From the NCBI GenBank assembly GCA_050248855.1, contig JBFWRP010000002.1, forward strand, positions 234,608 through 298,607: a DNA stretch of 64,000 nucleotides, read 5' to 3'. The translations under genes were made by a program, and so were the position numbers. Each line of letters opens with the position of its first letter. The first letter of the stretch is position 1. The stretch is from Planctomycetota bacterium (GTDB lineage: Bacteria > Planctomycetota > PLA2 > JAEUHO01). Below the pieces are notes generated by a model. It worked only from the letters and a program-made list of their open reading frames with translations, did not search any database and was not told the DNA's origin. Shown piece by piece: positions 37,067-47,104 of the stretch.

Positions 37067-38539
37067 GTGGGACTCGGCGGGATCGACACCGGCATCGTCG
37101 TCCTCTACCTCGTCGGCATGCTGGCCATCGGCTGGGTGGTGTCCCGCCGCATCGGCTCGTTCGAGGACTGGTTCCTGGCCGGCCGGCGGATGACGACGCC
37201 GGTGCTCGTGTGCACGCTCGTCTCCACCTACTACGGCCTCGACGTCACCTTCGGGACCAGCGAGACGGCCTTCTACGAGGGCGTGGCGGCGTTCTTCGCC
37301 TACTCGGCGCCGTTCTACCTGGCCTACCTCGCGATGGCGATGCTCGTGGCTCCACGCTTGCGCCGTCTGCCCGTCGCGTCCTTGCCCGAAGCCATGGGCC
37401 ACTTCTACGGACGCCCGGCCCGTGTTGCCGGGGCCGTCGCGTCGTTCGTCTACAGCGCACCGATCCTCGCCGTGTGGGGCATGGGCCTCGTCGGCCATGT
37501 TGCGTTCGGCTGGGACGTGGTGGCGGGGGCGGCGGCGGGCGCCGCGTTCTCGCTCGTCTACACGATCCTCGGCGGCCTCTGGGCGGACGCGCTCACCGAC
37601 ACCGTGCAGTTCGTCATCATGTGCGTGTCGGTTGCCGTCGCCGCGCTCGTGGTGTTGCTGCGGTACGGACCGCCCGAGTCCGTGGCGGCCAACCTCGAGC
37701 CGACGATGCTCGAACCCTTCGGCCAGCTCGGCCTGGTCGAGATCCTCGTGTTCGCCGGCGCGGCGTTGACGCCGCTGGTGGAACCTGCGTTCTACCAGCG
37801 CACGTTCGCGGCGCGCTCCACGCGAAGCGTGGTGAAGGCGCTGCTCATCGGCATCGTGCTGTGGGTCGCGTACGACTGGCTCGTCGTGTACCTGGGCCTG
37901 ACGGGGCAGGCCCTCGTTGCCTCCGGCGAGCTTCCGGCGGACGTCGAGGGCAAGACGTCGCTCTTGCACGTGATCGGCCATGTGCTGCCCGTCGGTTTCG
38001 TGGGCCTCTTCTACGCGGGGTGCCTCGCCGCCGCGATGTCCACGATCGACTCGTACACGCTGATCGCGGCGGGCAACCTCGTGTACGACGCATGGCCGGC
38101 CCTGGGCGGCCGTCCGCTCTCCGACCGCGCCATGCTGCGCGCGAGCCGCCTGTTCACGATCGTCACCCTCGTGGTCAGCCTGTGGCTGGCCCTGGCCTAC
38201 GACCGCGTCCGCGATGCCTGGATCTTCATGGCCACGCTGCTGCTGTCGACGGCCTTGGTGCCCATGATGATGGCGCTGTTCCGAAGCTCCCGGCCCTCGC
38301 GCCGCGGCGGGCAGCTGGCGGCCGTCGTGGGCCTGGGCGCCTCCGTGCTGCTGTTTGCCGCCTTCTTCGCGTTCGGGACGTTCCATCCGGAAGAGGAAAC
38401 GCTGACGCTGGGCATCGAGATCGGCGGCTTTGCGCACGTGATGGAGCGGGAGGAGACGCTCCTGCTCACCGTGCCGCTCTCGTTCGCGGCCTACGTCGTG
38501 GGGGCCCTGCTGGATCGCCGCCGTCGGGAGGTTGCATGA
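37067..38539 (+). CDS. Sodium:solute symporter (SSS) family protein
   Basis: WFLAGR, YTILGGLWADALTDTVQ, AAAMSTIDS, many TMs. GTG after GGAGG; alternative ATG at 37040. Confidence 0.92.
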   Translation: MGLGGIDTGIVVLYLVGMLAIGWVVSRRIGSFEDWFLAGRRMTTPVLVCTLVSTYYGLDVTFGTSETAFYEGVAAFFAYSAPFYLAYLAMAMLVAPRLRRLPVASLPEAMGHFYGRPARVAGAVASFVYSAPILAVWGMGLVGHVAFGWDVVAGAAAGAAFSLVYTILGGLWADALTDTVQFVIMCVSVAVAALVVLLRYGPPESVAANLEPTMLEPFGQLGLVEILVFAGAALTPLVEPAFYQRTFAARSTRSVVKALLIGIVLWVAYDWLVVYLGLTGQALVASGELPADVEGKTSLLHVIGHVLPVGFVGLFYAGCLAAAMSTIDSYTLIAAGNLVYDAWPALGGRPLSDRAMLRASRLFTIVTLVVSLWLALAYDRVRDAWIFMATLLLSTALVPMMMALFRSSRPSRRGGQLAAVVGLGASVLLFAAFFAFGTFHPEEETLTLGIEIGGFAHVMEREETLLLTVPLSFAAYVVGALLDRRRREVA

Positions 38540-38640
38540 CGCTTCTCACATGGGCCGCCATCGTCGTCCTGGGCCCCGGCGCCATCGCGCTCTTCATCTG
38601 GTTCCTGCGCGACCTGAAGGAGCTTCTGCGCGAGGAGTAG
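38536..38640 (+). CDS. 34-aa single-TM small protein coupled to the SSS gene
   Basis: ATGA overlap, GGGAGG RBS, MTLLTWAAIVVLGPGAIALFIWFLRDLKELLREE. Confidence 0.7.
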   Translation: MTLLTWAAIVVLGPGAIALFIWFLRDLKELLREE

Positions 38641-38661
38641 TGCGCAGGAGCCGTCGTGCGG

Positions 38662-38825
38662 AGTGCGACGTTCGCCGGCCAGCGTACCGCGACATCTACG
38701 TGTCGGCTCGTCATGCCAACGGCAAAGCCCGTACGCGTCTCGCGGCATGGGTGCCAGTCCCTACCACCCCTGCACCCCTCACGGTGCCGCGCCGCGGCAA
38801 GGGTCCTGGAACATCCGGGTTCGCG
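38662..38825. repeat. Intergenic repeat mosaic between convergent genes
   Basis: Ends match 27376-27420 and 27451-27484. Centre matches 34255-34290 and, inverted, 27586-27603. Confidence 0.85.
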
Positions 38826-38829
38826 CAGC

Positions 38830-40581
38830 CTATCCTTCCGAGCGCACCTGCAGCTCGTAGAGGGTGCGGTAGAGACCGCCTTGGCGCAGCAGGTCCTCGT
38901 GGCGGCCGCGCTCGACGATGCGGCCCTTCTGCAACACGAGGATCTGGTCGGCGGTACGGATCGTGCTCAGGCGGTGGGCCACGACCAACGTCGTGCGGCC
39001 TGTGCGCAGCGTGGCGAGGGCTTCCTGGATCCAGTGCTCGGTCTCGGTGTCGATCGAGGACGTGGCCTCGTCGAGCACCAGGATCGCGGGATCGTGTACG
39101 AGGGCGCGGGCGAAGGCAATGAGCTGGCGCTGGCCGACGGAGAGGTTCCCGCCGCGCTCCTCGACGGGCGCGTCCAAGCCGCCGGGCAGCTGCGCCACCA
39201 GCTTGTCCGCGCGGATCGACGCGACGGCGGCCTCCACGCGCTCCCGCGAGATCGCCTCGTCGAAGAGGCGGATGTTGTCGAACACGGAGCCGCGGAACAG
39301 GAAGACGTCCTGCAGCACCAGGGCCACGCGCCGACGCAGCGACGGCAGGTCCAGCTTGCGCACGTCCACGCCGTCCACGGTGACGCGACCCTGCTGCACG
39401 TCGTAGAAGCGGCTGACCAGCCCGAGCAGGCTCGACTTGCCCGCGCCCGTCGGCCCCACGATGGCGGTCGTGGTCCCCGCGGGCACCACCGCGTCGATCC
39501 CGCGCAGGACCGGCGTGTCCGGCTCGTAGGCGAACTCGACGCCCTCGATGGCGATGTCGCCCTTCATCGCATCCAGCTGCACGCCGTCCGCTGGCGAGAC
39601 GATCTCGGGCTCTTCGTCGAGGATCTTGAAGACCCGCTCGCCCGCCGCCCCGGCCTGCAGGAGCAAGTTGAGGTTCTCGGAGAGGTTGCGGATCGGATCG
39701 AAGAAGATCTCGATCAGGAACCAGAACTGCAGGAACTCGCCGAACGAGAGCGTGTGGTGCAACAGCCCGGTGGCGCCGAGCTGCACGACGAGCGCCACGG
39801 CGAGCGACTCGAGCACCTGGACGGCGGGGAAGAAGAAGGCGAAGTTGCGCACGGTCGCCAGATGGGCGCCCCGCAGCCGGTCCACGTGTTCCTCGTAGCC
39901 GCGGACCGCCGCGGCCTCGCGTTGGAACAGTCGCGTGACCGCCAAGCCGTCGATCGACTCGGCCGTGTAGCCGTTCGTGGCGCTGGTCTCGGCGCGCACA
40001 CGCCGGAAGGCGCGTCCGCTGCGCACGCTGAACAGCGCCGAGGCGGCCACCAGCAGCGGCAGCGTGGCCAGGAGGCCCAAGGCCAGCTTGGCGTTGACGA
40101 CGAGCAACACGACGAGGATCACGACGAGCTTGAGCGCGTCGTGGAAGGCGGCGGCCACGCCCGACGCGAAGAAGCCCTCGATCGCTTCGATGTCGCCCGT
40201 GACGCGCGTCGTGAGCACGCCGACCGGATGGCGGTCGAAGAACCGCAGGCTGTGGCGTTGCAGGTGGTCGAACACGTCCGTACGCAAGCTCATGCCGATC
40301 TCGCGACCGGCGCGCACGGACAAGACCGTCTGGGCACCGCGGATGACCGCGCCCACGACCAACACGATGACGATCCCCAGGGCGAAGCGGGGCAGGGCTT
40401 CGGGCTGCTGCTCGCGGATGGGGCCGTCGACCAACAAGCGGATCAGGTAGGGGAGGAGCAGGTCGGTGCCCGCGGCCGCGATCATGGCCACGAGGCTCCA
40501 CGCCATGAGCCCGCGGTGGCGGGCCACGTAGCCGAGCAGGCGCGGGAGGATGCGGCGGACGGCGGGCGCGCCTTCGCTCAT
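38830..40581 (-). CDS. ABC exporter half-transporter (MdlB-like)
   Basis: TMD plus GPTGAGKS, degenerate LSVGQ signature, LDEATSSID. Confidence 0.92.
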   Translation of the reverse strand: MSEGAPAVRRILPRLLGYVARHRGLMAWSLVAMIAAAGTDLLLPYLIRLLVDGPIREQQPEALPRFALGIVIVLVVGAVIRGAQTVLSVRAGREIGMSLRTDVFDHLQRHSLRFFDRHPVGVLTTRVTGDIEAIEGFFASGVAAAFHDALKLVVILVVLLVVNAKLALGLLATLPLLVAASALFSVRSGRAFRRVRAETSATNGYTAESIDGLAVTRLFQREAAAVRGYEEHVDRLRGAHLATVRNFAFFFPAVQVLESLAVALVVQLGATGLLHHTLSFGEFLQFWFLIEIFFDPIRNLSENLNLLLQAGAAGERVFKILDEEPEIVSPADGVQLDAMKGDIAIEGVEFAYEPDTPVLRGIDAVVPAGTTTAIVGPTGAGKSSLLGLVSRFYDVQQGRVTVDGVDVRKLDLPSLRRRVALVLQDVFLFRGSVFDNIRLFDEAISRERVEAAVASIRADKLVAQLPGGLDAPVEERGGNLSVGQRQLIAFARALVHDPAILVLDEATSSIDTETEHWIQEALATLRTGRTTLVVAHRLSTIRTADQILVLQKGRIVERGRHEDLLRQGGLYRTLYELQVRSEG

Positions 40582-42344
40582 GAGGCGCCCTCCACCCGTG
40601 CTTCCAGGCGCTGCCGCTCGTGCGTGCGGGCGTACCAGCCGCCCGCCGCGACGAGCTGGTCATGGGTGCCCGACTCGACCACCCGGCCGTCGTCGAGGAC
40701 CAGGATGTGGTCGGCGTGGCGCACGGTGCCCAGGCGGTGTGCCACGACGACGGTGGTCCGGCGGCGCATCTCCACGAGCAGGTGCTCGAGGATGCGCGCT
40801 TCCGTCTCGGTGTCGACGGCGCTCAGCGTGTCGTCGAGCAGCAGCACGGGCGCCTCGCGCAGGAGCGCCCGGGCCAGCGTCATGCGCTGCTTCTGACCGC
40901 CGGACAGCGTGAGACCGCGCTCGCCGACCAGCGTCTCGAGTCCGTCCGGGAACCCCGCGACGTCCTCGGCAAGCCCGGCCATGCGTAGCGCCTCCTGCGC
41001 CCGCCCGGTGTCGATCTCGCCGCCGGTTGCCAGCGCCAGGTTCTCGCGCAGCGTGGTGGAGAAGAGGAACGCGTCCTGCGGCACGACGGCGAACGCCTCA
41101 CGCAAGGTCGCAAGCGGCAGCCGTCGGACGTCGCGGCCGTCGAGGAACACCGTGCCCGGCGGCGGCGTGCGCTGGCGCGTGAGGAGCGCCAGCAGCGTGC
41201 TCTTGCCGCTGCCGACTGGACCCACGAGGCCGAGCGTGCCGCCCGCCGGCAGCTCGAACGAGACATCGGTCAGCGCGGGCCGGGTCGCACCCTCGTACGT
41301 GAAGGTCAGGTGGCGCGCCGCCAGCGCACCGGCGATGCGCGCCGGCGCGGGGATCGGCTCGTCCAGGGTGGAGGGCTCGACGTCGCGGCCCAGGAGATCC
41401 TCCAGCCGCTGCATCGCGGCGGCGGAGCGCTGGAACGAGCTGACCACCCAGCCGACGCTGATCATGGGCCAGATCAGCATGGCCACGTACGCGAGGAACG
41501 TGACGAGGTCGCCGTAGCCCAGCGAGCCGTCGATGACGCGCCGCCCCCCGGCCCAGAGCACGGCCAGGTTGCCCAGGCCCCCGAGCAGGTAGAGCAGCCC
41601 CGTCATCCACGCCCGCGTACGCGCCAGGGCGAGCGTCTCGGCGACCAGCCCCTCGTTCTCGCGGCGGAACGCGTCCTTCTCGATGGCCTCCGTGGCGTAG
41701 GCGCGGACCACGCGGGCGCCGGCAAAGCTCTCCTGCGCGCGTGCGCTCAAGTCGCCGATGCGGTCCTGCACCGCCCGCGTGCGGCGCATGATGCTCGGGG
41801 CCAGGACGCGCACGACGATGCCGATCGCGACGAGGGGCAGCAGCGTGAGCAGGGTCAGGGCGCCGTCCAGCTGCACCATGCTGGCCAGGGCGAGCGGTAC
41901 CAGCACCAGCGTGCTGACGACGTACATGATCCCGGGCCCGAACGAGAACCGCACCGCCTCGATGTCGCTCGTCAGGCGCGAGAGCAGGTCGCCGGTCCTG
42001 AGCCGGTCGAAGGCCGAGGCGGGCAGGTGCTCCACGTGGGCGAAGAGGTCGCGCTTGAGGTTGCGTTCGACGCGCCTCGACGTGCCGACGAGCAGATAGC
42101 GCATCACGTAGGTGAGGCAGCCCGAGCCCACGGTCAGCGCGAGGAACGTCCAGCCCCGGCGGACCGCCTGGCCGAAGAGGCTCTCGTCGCCCGAGCGCAG
42201 CAGGTTGATGGCACCGCCCAGGTAGCGAGGTGCGAGCACCATGAGGGCTCGGCTCGCGATCACGGCCACCATGCCCGCCACGAGGACCCACGCGTAGCGG
42301 CGGAAGTAGGGGGCAAGACGGCGGTAGGAGGTGCGGCGCGCCAC
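40578..42344 (-). CDS. ABC exporter half-transporter (MdlA-like)
   Basis: TMD plus GPVGSGKS, LSGGQ, degenerate Walker B LDDTLSAVD. ATGA overlap with its partner. Confidence 0.92.
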   Translation of the reverse strand: MARRTSYRRLAPYFRRYAWVLVAGMVAVIASRALMVLAPRYLGGAINLLRSGDESLFGQAVRRGWTFLALTVGSGCLTYVMRYLLVGTSRRVERNLKRDLFAHVEHLPASAFDRLRTGDLLSRLTSDIEAVRFSFGPGIMYVVSTLVLVPLALASMVQLDGALTLLTLLPLVAIGIVVRVLAPSIMRRTRAVQDRIGDLSARAQESFAGARVVRAYATEAIEKDAFRRENEGLVAETLALARTRAWMTGLLYLLGGLGNLAVLWAGGRRVIDGSLGYGDLVTFLAYVAMLIWPMISVGWVVSSFQRSAAAMQRLEDLLGRDVEPSTLDEPIPAPARIAGALAARHLTFTYEGATRPALTDVSFELPAGGTLGLVGPVGSGKSTLLALLTRQRTPPPGTVFLDGRDVRRLPLATLREAFAVVPQDAFLFSTTLRENLALATGGEIDTGRAQEALRMAGLAEDVAGFPDGLETLVGERGLTLSGGQKQRMTLARALLREAPVLLLDDTLSAVDTETEARILEHLLVEMRRRTTVVVAHRLGTVRHADHILVLDDGRVVESGTHDQLVAAGGWYARTHERQRLEARVEGAS

Positions 42345-42664
42345 GAAGGGGCAGAGCGTACGTGACTGCGTGCGCGCTTCCGCACGCTGGCGCGCCGCGC
42401 GGCCCCGGTGCAGGCCGGCCTACGTGCGGCCTTGCACGTCTGGCGCCGAACCTGCACCCGACGCGTGGACCGGCCAGCTCACTCGAGTCCGTGCAAGCGC
42501 TTGTCTCCCAAGGGCTTGCGAGGCTCCGACGAGGCGCCCGGGCCCTACGGCATGGGGCTTGCGCCTCCCCCGCCCACGAGGTTCGGCGACAACGTTCGAC
42601 CGAGGACAAACCCCAAGTTCCGTAGCCCAACAAAGCCCCATTTCCATGCTGGGCCTCGTGCTTG

Positions 42665-42710
42665 CGGGCAGGGATGGGTCGTTCGCGACCCATCCCTGCT
42701 CGTGTTTCTT
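42665..42710 (+). terminator. Intrinsic-terminator-like hairpin
   Basis: GCAGGGATGGGTCG-TTCG-CGACCCATCCCTGC followed by TCGTGTTTCTT. Confidence 0.55.
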
Positions 42711-42885
42711 CCCTCGCGCGCGGGCCCCACGGCGGCCCTTCCCTGGAGCGACGGGCGGGGAAGGCGCGCGGCCGCCCTGCCGTCGGAGAGGCATGGGCCA
42801 ACGCTGCAGTGAGGCGGGACGCGAGGGGACGGCGCGCACGAGCGGTGGTCGCGGCAGCCCGCGGATCGGTCCACAATCGGCGCCC

Positions 42886-44004
42886 GTGACGACCCCTGCT
42901 GCTTCCTCCCGCCGGCGTTCCGCCTCGGCGCAAGCTGCCGAGCGCGGCATGGCGCTCCTGGTCGTGCTTCTGCTGGCCGCGGTCCTCATCCCCTTCGTGT
43001 CGGAGTTCGTCTTCCAGACGGATGTCGAGTCGCGGACCGCGCTCAACGTGAAGGAGCAGCTGGCCATCGACAACGCGATCGAGGGGCAGTACCAGATCGT
43101 GGTGGCGCGCCTCGAGTACGACGCGATCGGCAACGAGTACGACAGCTACACGGACCCGTGGAACGCGGACGAGCTCCTGGATCGCGAGGAGCCGGGCATC
43201 CAGGTGCGCTTGCGCACCCGCGTGCTCGACGAGCAGGGCAAGCTGCCGCTGCGCAAGCTGGCGGAGGGCTCGACGGAGGAGCAGGCCATCTGGAAGGTGC
43301 GCCTCATCGAGCTGCTCAAGCGCTTCCGGCGGGACACGCGCTTCGATGCCAGCGGCGTGGCCGAAGAGCTTGCCGACGAGATGGTGCGCTTCTTCAGGGG
43401 CGAGAACCGCGGACAGGTTCCCAAGCCCAGCACCATCAACGGGAGCCCGGTCCTCACGCTGGACGACCTGCACTTCGCCAGCGAGCAGTTCGCCCGCCTC
43501 AAGCTGCTCCAGGACGTGCGCGAGGAGGGGGACATCGGCCATGGCCTGTGGCGCTACGTCACCATCCAAGGCACGGGGCGTGTCAACCTGAACACGGCCG
43601 AGAAGGTGGTGCTCGAGAGCATCTTCTCGAAGGACCCCACGATCGCCGAGCGCATCATCGAACGACGCGAGGGTGCAGCCGAGGATGCCGAGGTCGATCC
43701 CGACACGGGCGAGAACCCGGGCAATCCATTCACCGACGTGAACCAGCTGAACGAGATCGAGGGCATCAACCAGCAGGTGCTGCGTGCCAACAACGTGGTT
43801 CTGGCCCGCGACTTCGACGTCAAGAGCAACATCTTCTCGATGCGCATCTCCGGGACCACGGAGAACACGCGGCGGGAGGAGCTCTTCATCGTCGAGCGCG
43901 TTCCCGGCACCGACCCGAACGGTCCCGTCGAGGGCGTGCGCCATCTGCTCTGCCAGGAGCGCACCGATCGCATCGAAGAAGCGATCGACGAGACCGAGGA
44001 GTAG
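42886..44004 (+). CDS. gspK: Type II secretion minor pseudopilin GspK
   Basis: Prepilin site ERG/MALLVVLLL, D..TDPW, DEQGKL, GRVNLNTA, PFTDVNQL..IEG. Confidence 0.85.
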   Translation: MTTPAASSRRRSASAQAAERGMALLVVLLLAAVLIPFVSEFVFQTDVESRTALNVKEQLAIDNAIEGQYQIVVARLEYDAIGNEYDSYTDPWNADELLDREEPGIQVRLRTRVLDEQGKLPLRKLAEGSTEEQAIWKVRLIELLKRFRRDTRFDASGVAEELADEMVRFFRGENRGQVPKPSTINGSPVLTLDDLHFASEQFARLKLLQDVREEGDIGHGLWRYVTIQGTGRVNLNTAEKVVLESIFSKDPTIAERIIERREGAAEDAEVDPDTGENPGNPFTDVNQLNEIEGINQQVLRANNVVLARDFDVKSNIFSMRISGTTENTRREELFIVERVPGTDPNGPVEGVRHLLCQERTDRIEEAIDETEE

Positions 44005-44021
44005 GCGCCCGGGCACGGGCG

Positions 44022-44119
44022 GTACGGAGTCGGGTGAGATTCCAACCTCAGGCCGCAGCGGGCTCCCGCATGCGGAAGCGCTCCCCAGCCTGAGGTTGGA
44101 ATCTCACCCGACTCCGTAC
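44022..44119. mobile_element. 98-bp palindromic MITE/REPIN-like element, copy B
   Basis: Perfect 32-bp inverted arms GTACGGAGTCGGGTGAGATTCCAACCTCAGGC. Confidence 0.75.
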
Positions 44120-44157
44120 ATCGAGTCCGTACATCCGTACATGCGTATGTGGGATGG

Positions 44158-45561
44158 TCAGTCGAGCCGGACGATGACGATCACCTCGCGGCCGCCCGGC
44201 GGCGCCCGGTACACGAGCACCACGTCGTCGTGGCCGTCCCCGTCCAGGTCGCCCGCGTAGGCGGGCACGTCGGGGCTGTCTCCGCGTGGCGGGATCGACA
44301 CGGCCTGCCCCTCGGTGGTCCACACGCCCGCCGCGCTGCCGCGGTGCCAACGCAGCACCGCGTCACCCTCGCGGCAGAGCAGGTCCACGTGGCCGTCGCC
44401 GTCGCCGTCGGCGTCGACCACCAACGTCAGCGCCCGCTCGACCTCGATCGTCCCGGCGTACGTGAACCGGATGTTGACCTCGACGTCGCTCGGGACGACC
44501 CCGTCGGGCTCGGCCGGGAAGGCGCTCGGGCCTCCGGGCGCCCGTTGCAGGTAGGCGTTGTGCCACGCGGTCACGCGCCCCGCCGTGATCGTGCGGAGGA
44601 TGTTGGAGCCGTGGATCGGGATCGTGGTGATCACGACGTCCAGCCGCCCATCGCGGTTGACGTCCACCCACTCCGGGTCCAGCTGGAAGCCGGCCAAGCG
44701 GAAGCCGCCCAACGTCTCGAGCGCCGTCTTGCCGTCGCGCACCACGGGCCGTGCCAAGGCGTAGTGGCTCTCCTGGTTCGTGCCCGCCCGCTCGATGACC
44801 TCGGGACGCCTGTCGCCATCGAGATCGCGCAACGTCCGGATCGTGCCGATGGGCAGCGGCCCCAGGTCCCAGCTCCACGGCTGGCCGCTCGGCGAGCGCG
44901 CTTCGAGCGTCGTGCCCTCGATCCAGTACAGCGCAGCCCCGTCGGCATCGCCCGGGGTGCGGCCCAGGAAGGGTGTGGACCACGCGGTCGTGAGGGTCAG
45001 GCGGTCCTCGAGGAACGGGCCGGCCGGCGCCACGCGTCGGGCCGGGCGCGCGGACACGAACCACGGCTCGGAGCCGGGTCGCTCCACGCGCCAGCCGCTT
45101 GGCGTCGGCAGCAGGAGACCGACTTCGGGAAGCGACAAGTCGGCCAGCAACGCGCCCGCCTGGCTGCTCCACGTGAGGGCGCTTGCCCCCTCGACGGGGC
45201 GCGGTGTGGGGTCGTCCCAGCCGTGCCGGCGCGCGCCGGTCGTGCCCAGCGTCACGTAGCCCGCGGGCGATGCACCTGCCTCGAGCGCCACGAAGGCGAC
45301 GCCCTCGTCCAGCGTGTGCCGCCACGTCGGCGTCGGCACGGGCCCCCCCTCGTGCCGCCCGCGCCAGACGCTCAGCGTGCGCTTCGCGTCGAGCGTGACC
45401 AAGTCGTCCACGCCGTCGCCGTCGGCGTCCTCGACGCGCAGGGCCACGAGCGGAGCGTCGAGCTCGACGCGAAACGCTGCCCTCTCTTCGGCCCGCGCGG
45501 GACGCGCCGCGAGCGCCAGGGCGAGGGTGACCCACGACCAGCCTCGGCGGCGGCGCGTCAT
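44158..45561 (-). CDS. Secreted FG-GAP/VCBS repeat protein
   Basis: Signal peptide and several DxDGDG / DVNRDG..D motifs. ATGA overlap with the upstream gene. Confidence 0.85.
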   Translation of the reverse strand: MTRRRRGWSWVTLALALAARPARAEERAAFRVELDAPLVALRVEDADGDGVDDLVTLDAKRTLSVWRGRHEGGPVPTPTWRHTLDEGVAFVALEAGASPAGYVTLGTTGARRHGWDDPTPRPVEGASALTWSSQAGALLADLSLPEVGLLLPTPSGWRVERPGSEPWFVSARPARRVAPAGPFLEDRLTLTTAWSTPFLGRTPGDADGAALYWIEGTTLEARSPSGQPWSWDLGPLPIGTIRTLRDLDGDRRPEVIERAGTNQESHYALARPVVRDGKTALETLGGFRLAGFQLDPEWVDVNRDGRLDVVITTIPIHGSNILRTITAGRVTAWHNAYLQRAPGGPSAFPAEPDGVVPSDVEVNIRFTYAGTIEVERALTLVVDADGDGDGHVDLLCREGDAVLRWHRGSAAGVWTTEGQAVSIPPRGDSPDVPAYAGDLDGDGHDDVVLVYRAPPGGREVIVIVRLD

Positions 45562-47093
45562 CGCTTGCCCCCGCTGACCAGCAGGTAGACGCGGGAACCG
45601 CCGAACAGGGCCACGTCGGTGGCGCCGTCGCCGTCGAGATCGCCGAAGCGCGCGGCGGGCTCCAGCGGCCCCTCCACGGGCAGGGGGCCGACGATCGTGC
45701 GCTCGAACGTCCAGGGCGTGCCGCCCCGTTGCGTCGCGGGCCCCGCGCCGAGGACGGTCACCGTGCCGAGCGTGCCCAGGTCGAGCAGGTCCTTCTTGCC
45801 GTCCCCGTCCAGGTCGGCGCCGAAGAACGCATTGGCCCGGAACCGGTTGCCCAGGGCCTCGGAGCTCGGATAGAGCCGCTCCACGCGCAGGTGTGGAACC
45901 GTCTCGAAGGCCCCGACTTCCTTGTCGAACCGGAAGGCCTCGAGCGTGAGCGGCGGGTCCTTGCCCAGCATGCGTGCAGCCAAGCCCACGAGGTTGGCGT
46001 CGCGGATGGAGTCGCCGATGTAGTCGAGCGCGCCATCGCCATCGAGGTCCTCGAACACGGGATGGAGGACGACGGACGGCGTGTCGATGCGCGCGCGAGG
46101 CGCGCCCAGCTCCGTGCGACCGGGTGCGCGCAGCGGGCCGGGGTACTGGAAGAGGATCGTCTTCAGCGAGCCGAGCTTGTCCGTGCGGCCCGTGATCAGC
46201 GTGACGAGCAAGTCGCTGGCGCCATCTCCATCCACGTCGGCCAGCTGCAGGCGCGGCGTGTGGAGCAGGCCCGGCTGCGCGGCCGGCGCGTCGAGGAGGA
46301 ACGGCAGGGGAAGGCGCACCACGGGAGTCCCGCGGTCGCCACCGCCGGGGGCGCACGGGTCGAACCCCAGCAGGTGCCCATCGACCACGGTCACGAGCTC
46401 GCGCCGACCGTCGCCGTCGAGGTCCGCCGGGACCAGGGCGGGCACCTCGGCCTCGCGCTGCAGCACGGTGTCGGGCTCGCTCCCGGCGCGGTTCGTGGCC
46501 GCCAGCTCGAGCCGTACGTCGTGCTCGTCGCCCGTGCGCACGACGAGGCGCCCTTCGCCTTCGTCGAGCGGGAACCAGCACTCGGCCAGGCCGTCCCCGT
46601 CCAGGTCGGCCGCGCCGTCGTGGAACACGACGCCCTCGCTGGCGTCGCGCGCGAGCAGGGTGGGGCCCGCCGAGGTCACGTTGCGCCGCGCAGTCCCGTC
46701 CGGCGCCACGTCCGTGAACCCTTCCCCGTGGAACACGCGCAGCGTGGCGTCCGGGAAACGCGCGAAGGCCACCGTTCCCGCCTGGGAGAGCGCTCCGGCG
46801 AGCGGCACCTCGGTGCTCGTTCCCGCGCGGAAGAACGTCTTGGGCGTCGGGAACTGGCCCGCCCGGAACGTGACGATGCGGTTGATGCCACCCGCGTCGG
46901 TCAGCAGCACGGCCATCTCGGCCTTGGCGTCGCCTTCGACGTCCGCCAGGCGCACGTCGCGCACGGGCGCACCGAGATCGATGACGTACGCGCCGGGTGT
47001 GCCCGCTGCGGCCGGGGCGCCCGAGGCCAGCGCCACGGCCAGCGCAACGACGAGCAGGCTGTGGACGCGGGTGGCTACGGCGTGGGGCTGCAT
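45558..47093 (-). CDS. Secreted FG-GAP/VCBS repeat protein
   Basis: Signal peptide and multiple DLDGDG / DVDGDG motifs. Confidence 0.85.
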   Translation of the reverse strand: MQPHAVATRVHSLLVVALAVALASGAPAAAGTPGAYVIDLGAPVRDVRLADVEGDAKAEMAVLLTDAGGINRIVTFRAGQFPTPKTFFRAGTSTEVPLAGALSQAGTVAFARFPDATLRVFHGEGFTDVAPDGTARRNVTSAGPTLLARDASEGVVFHDGAADLDGDGLAECWFPLDEGEGRLVVRTGDEHDVRLELAATNRAGSEPDTVLQREAEVPALVPADLDGDGRRELVTVVDGHLLGFDPCAPGGGDRGTPVVRLPLPFLLDAPAAQPGLLHTPRLQLADVDGDGASDLLVTLITGRTDKLGSLKTILFQYPGPLRAPGRTELGAPRARIDTPSVVLHPVFEDLDGDGALDYIGDSIRDANLVGLAARMLGKDPPLTLEAFRFDKEVGAFETVPHLRVERLYPSSEALGNRFRANAFFGADLDGDGKKDLLDLGTLGTVTVLGAGPATQRGGTPWTFERTIVGPLPVEGPLEPAARFGDLDGDGATDVALFGGSRVYLLVSGGKR

Positions 47094-47104
47094 GGCTCTG
47101 GATC

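Noticed and set aside
42600..42645. c-di-GMP-I riboswitch
   Set aside because: GGACAAACC...CAAAGCC resembles the consensus, but the GNRA-capped stem and GGGACG are absent.
44113..44150. TCCGTACAT x3 micro-repeat as an independent feature
   Set aside because: It is short and abuts the end of element B, so it is more likely end-duplication debris than a separate element.
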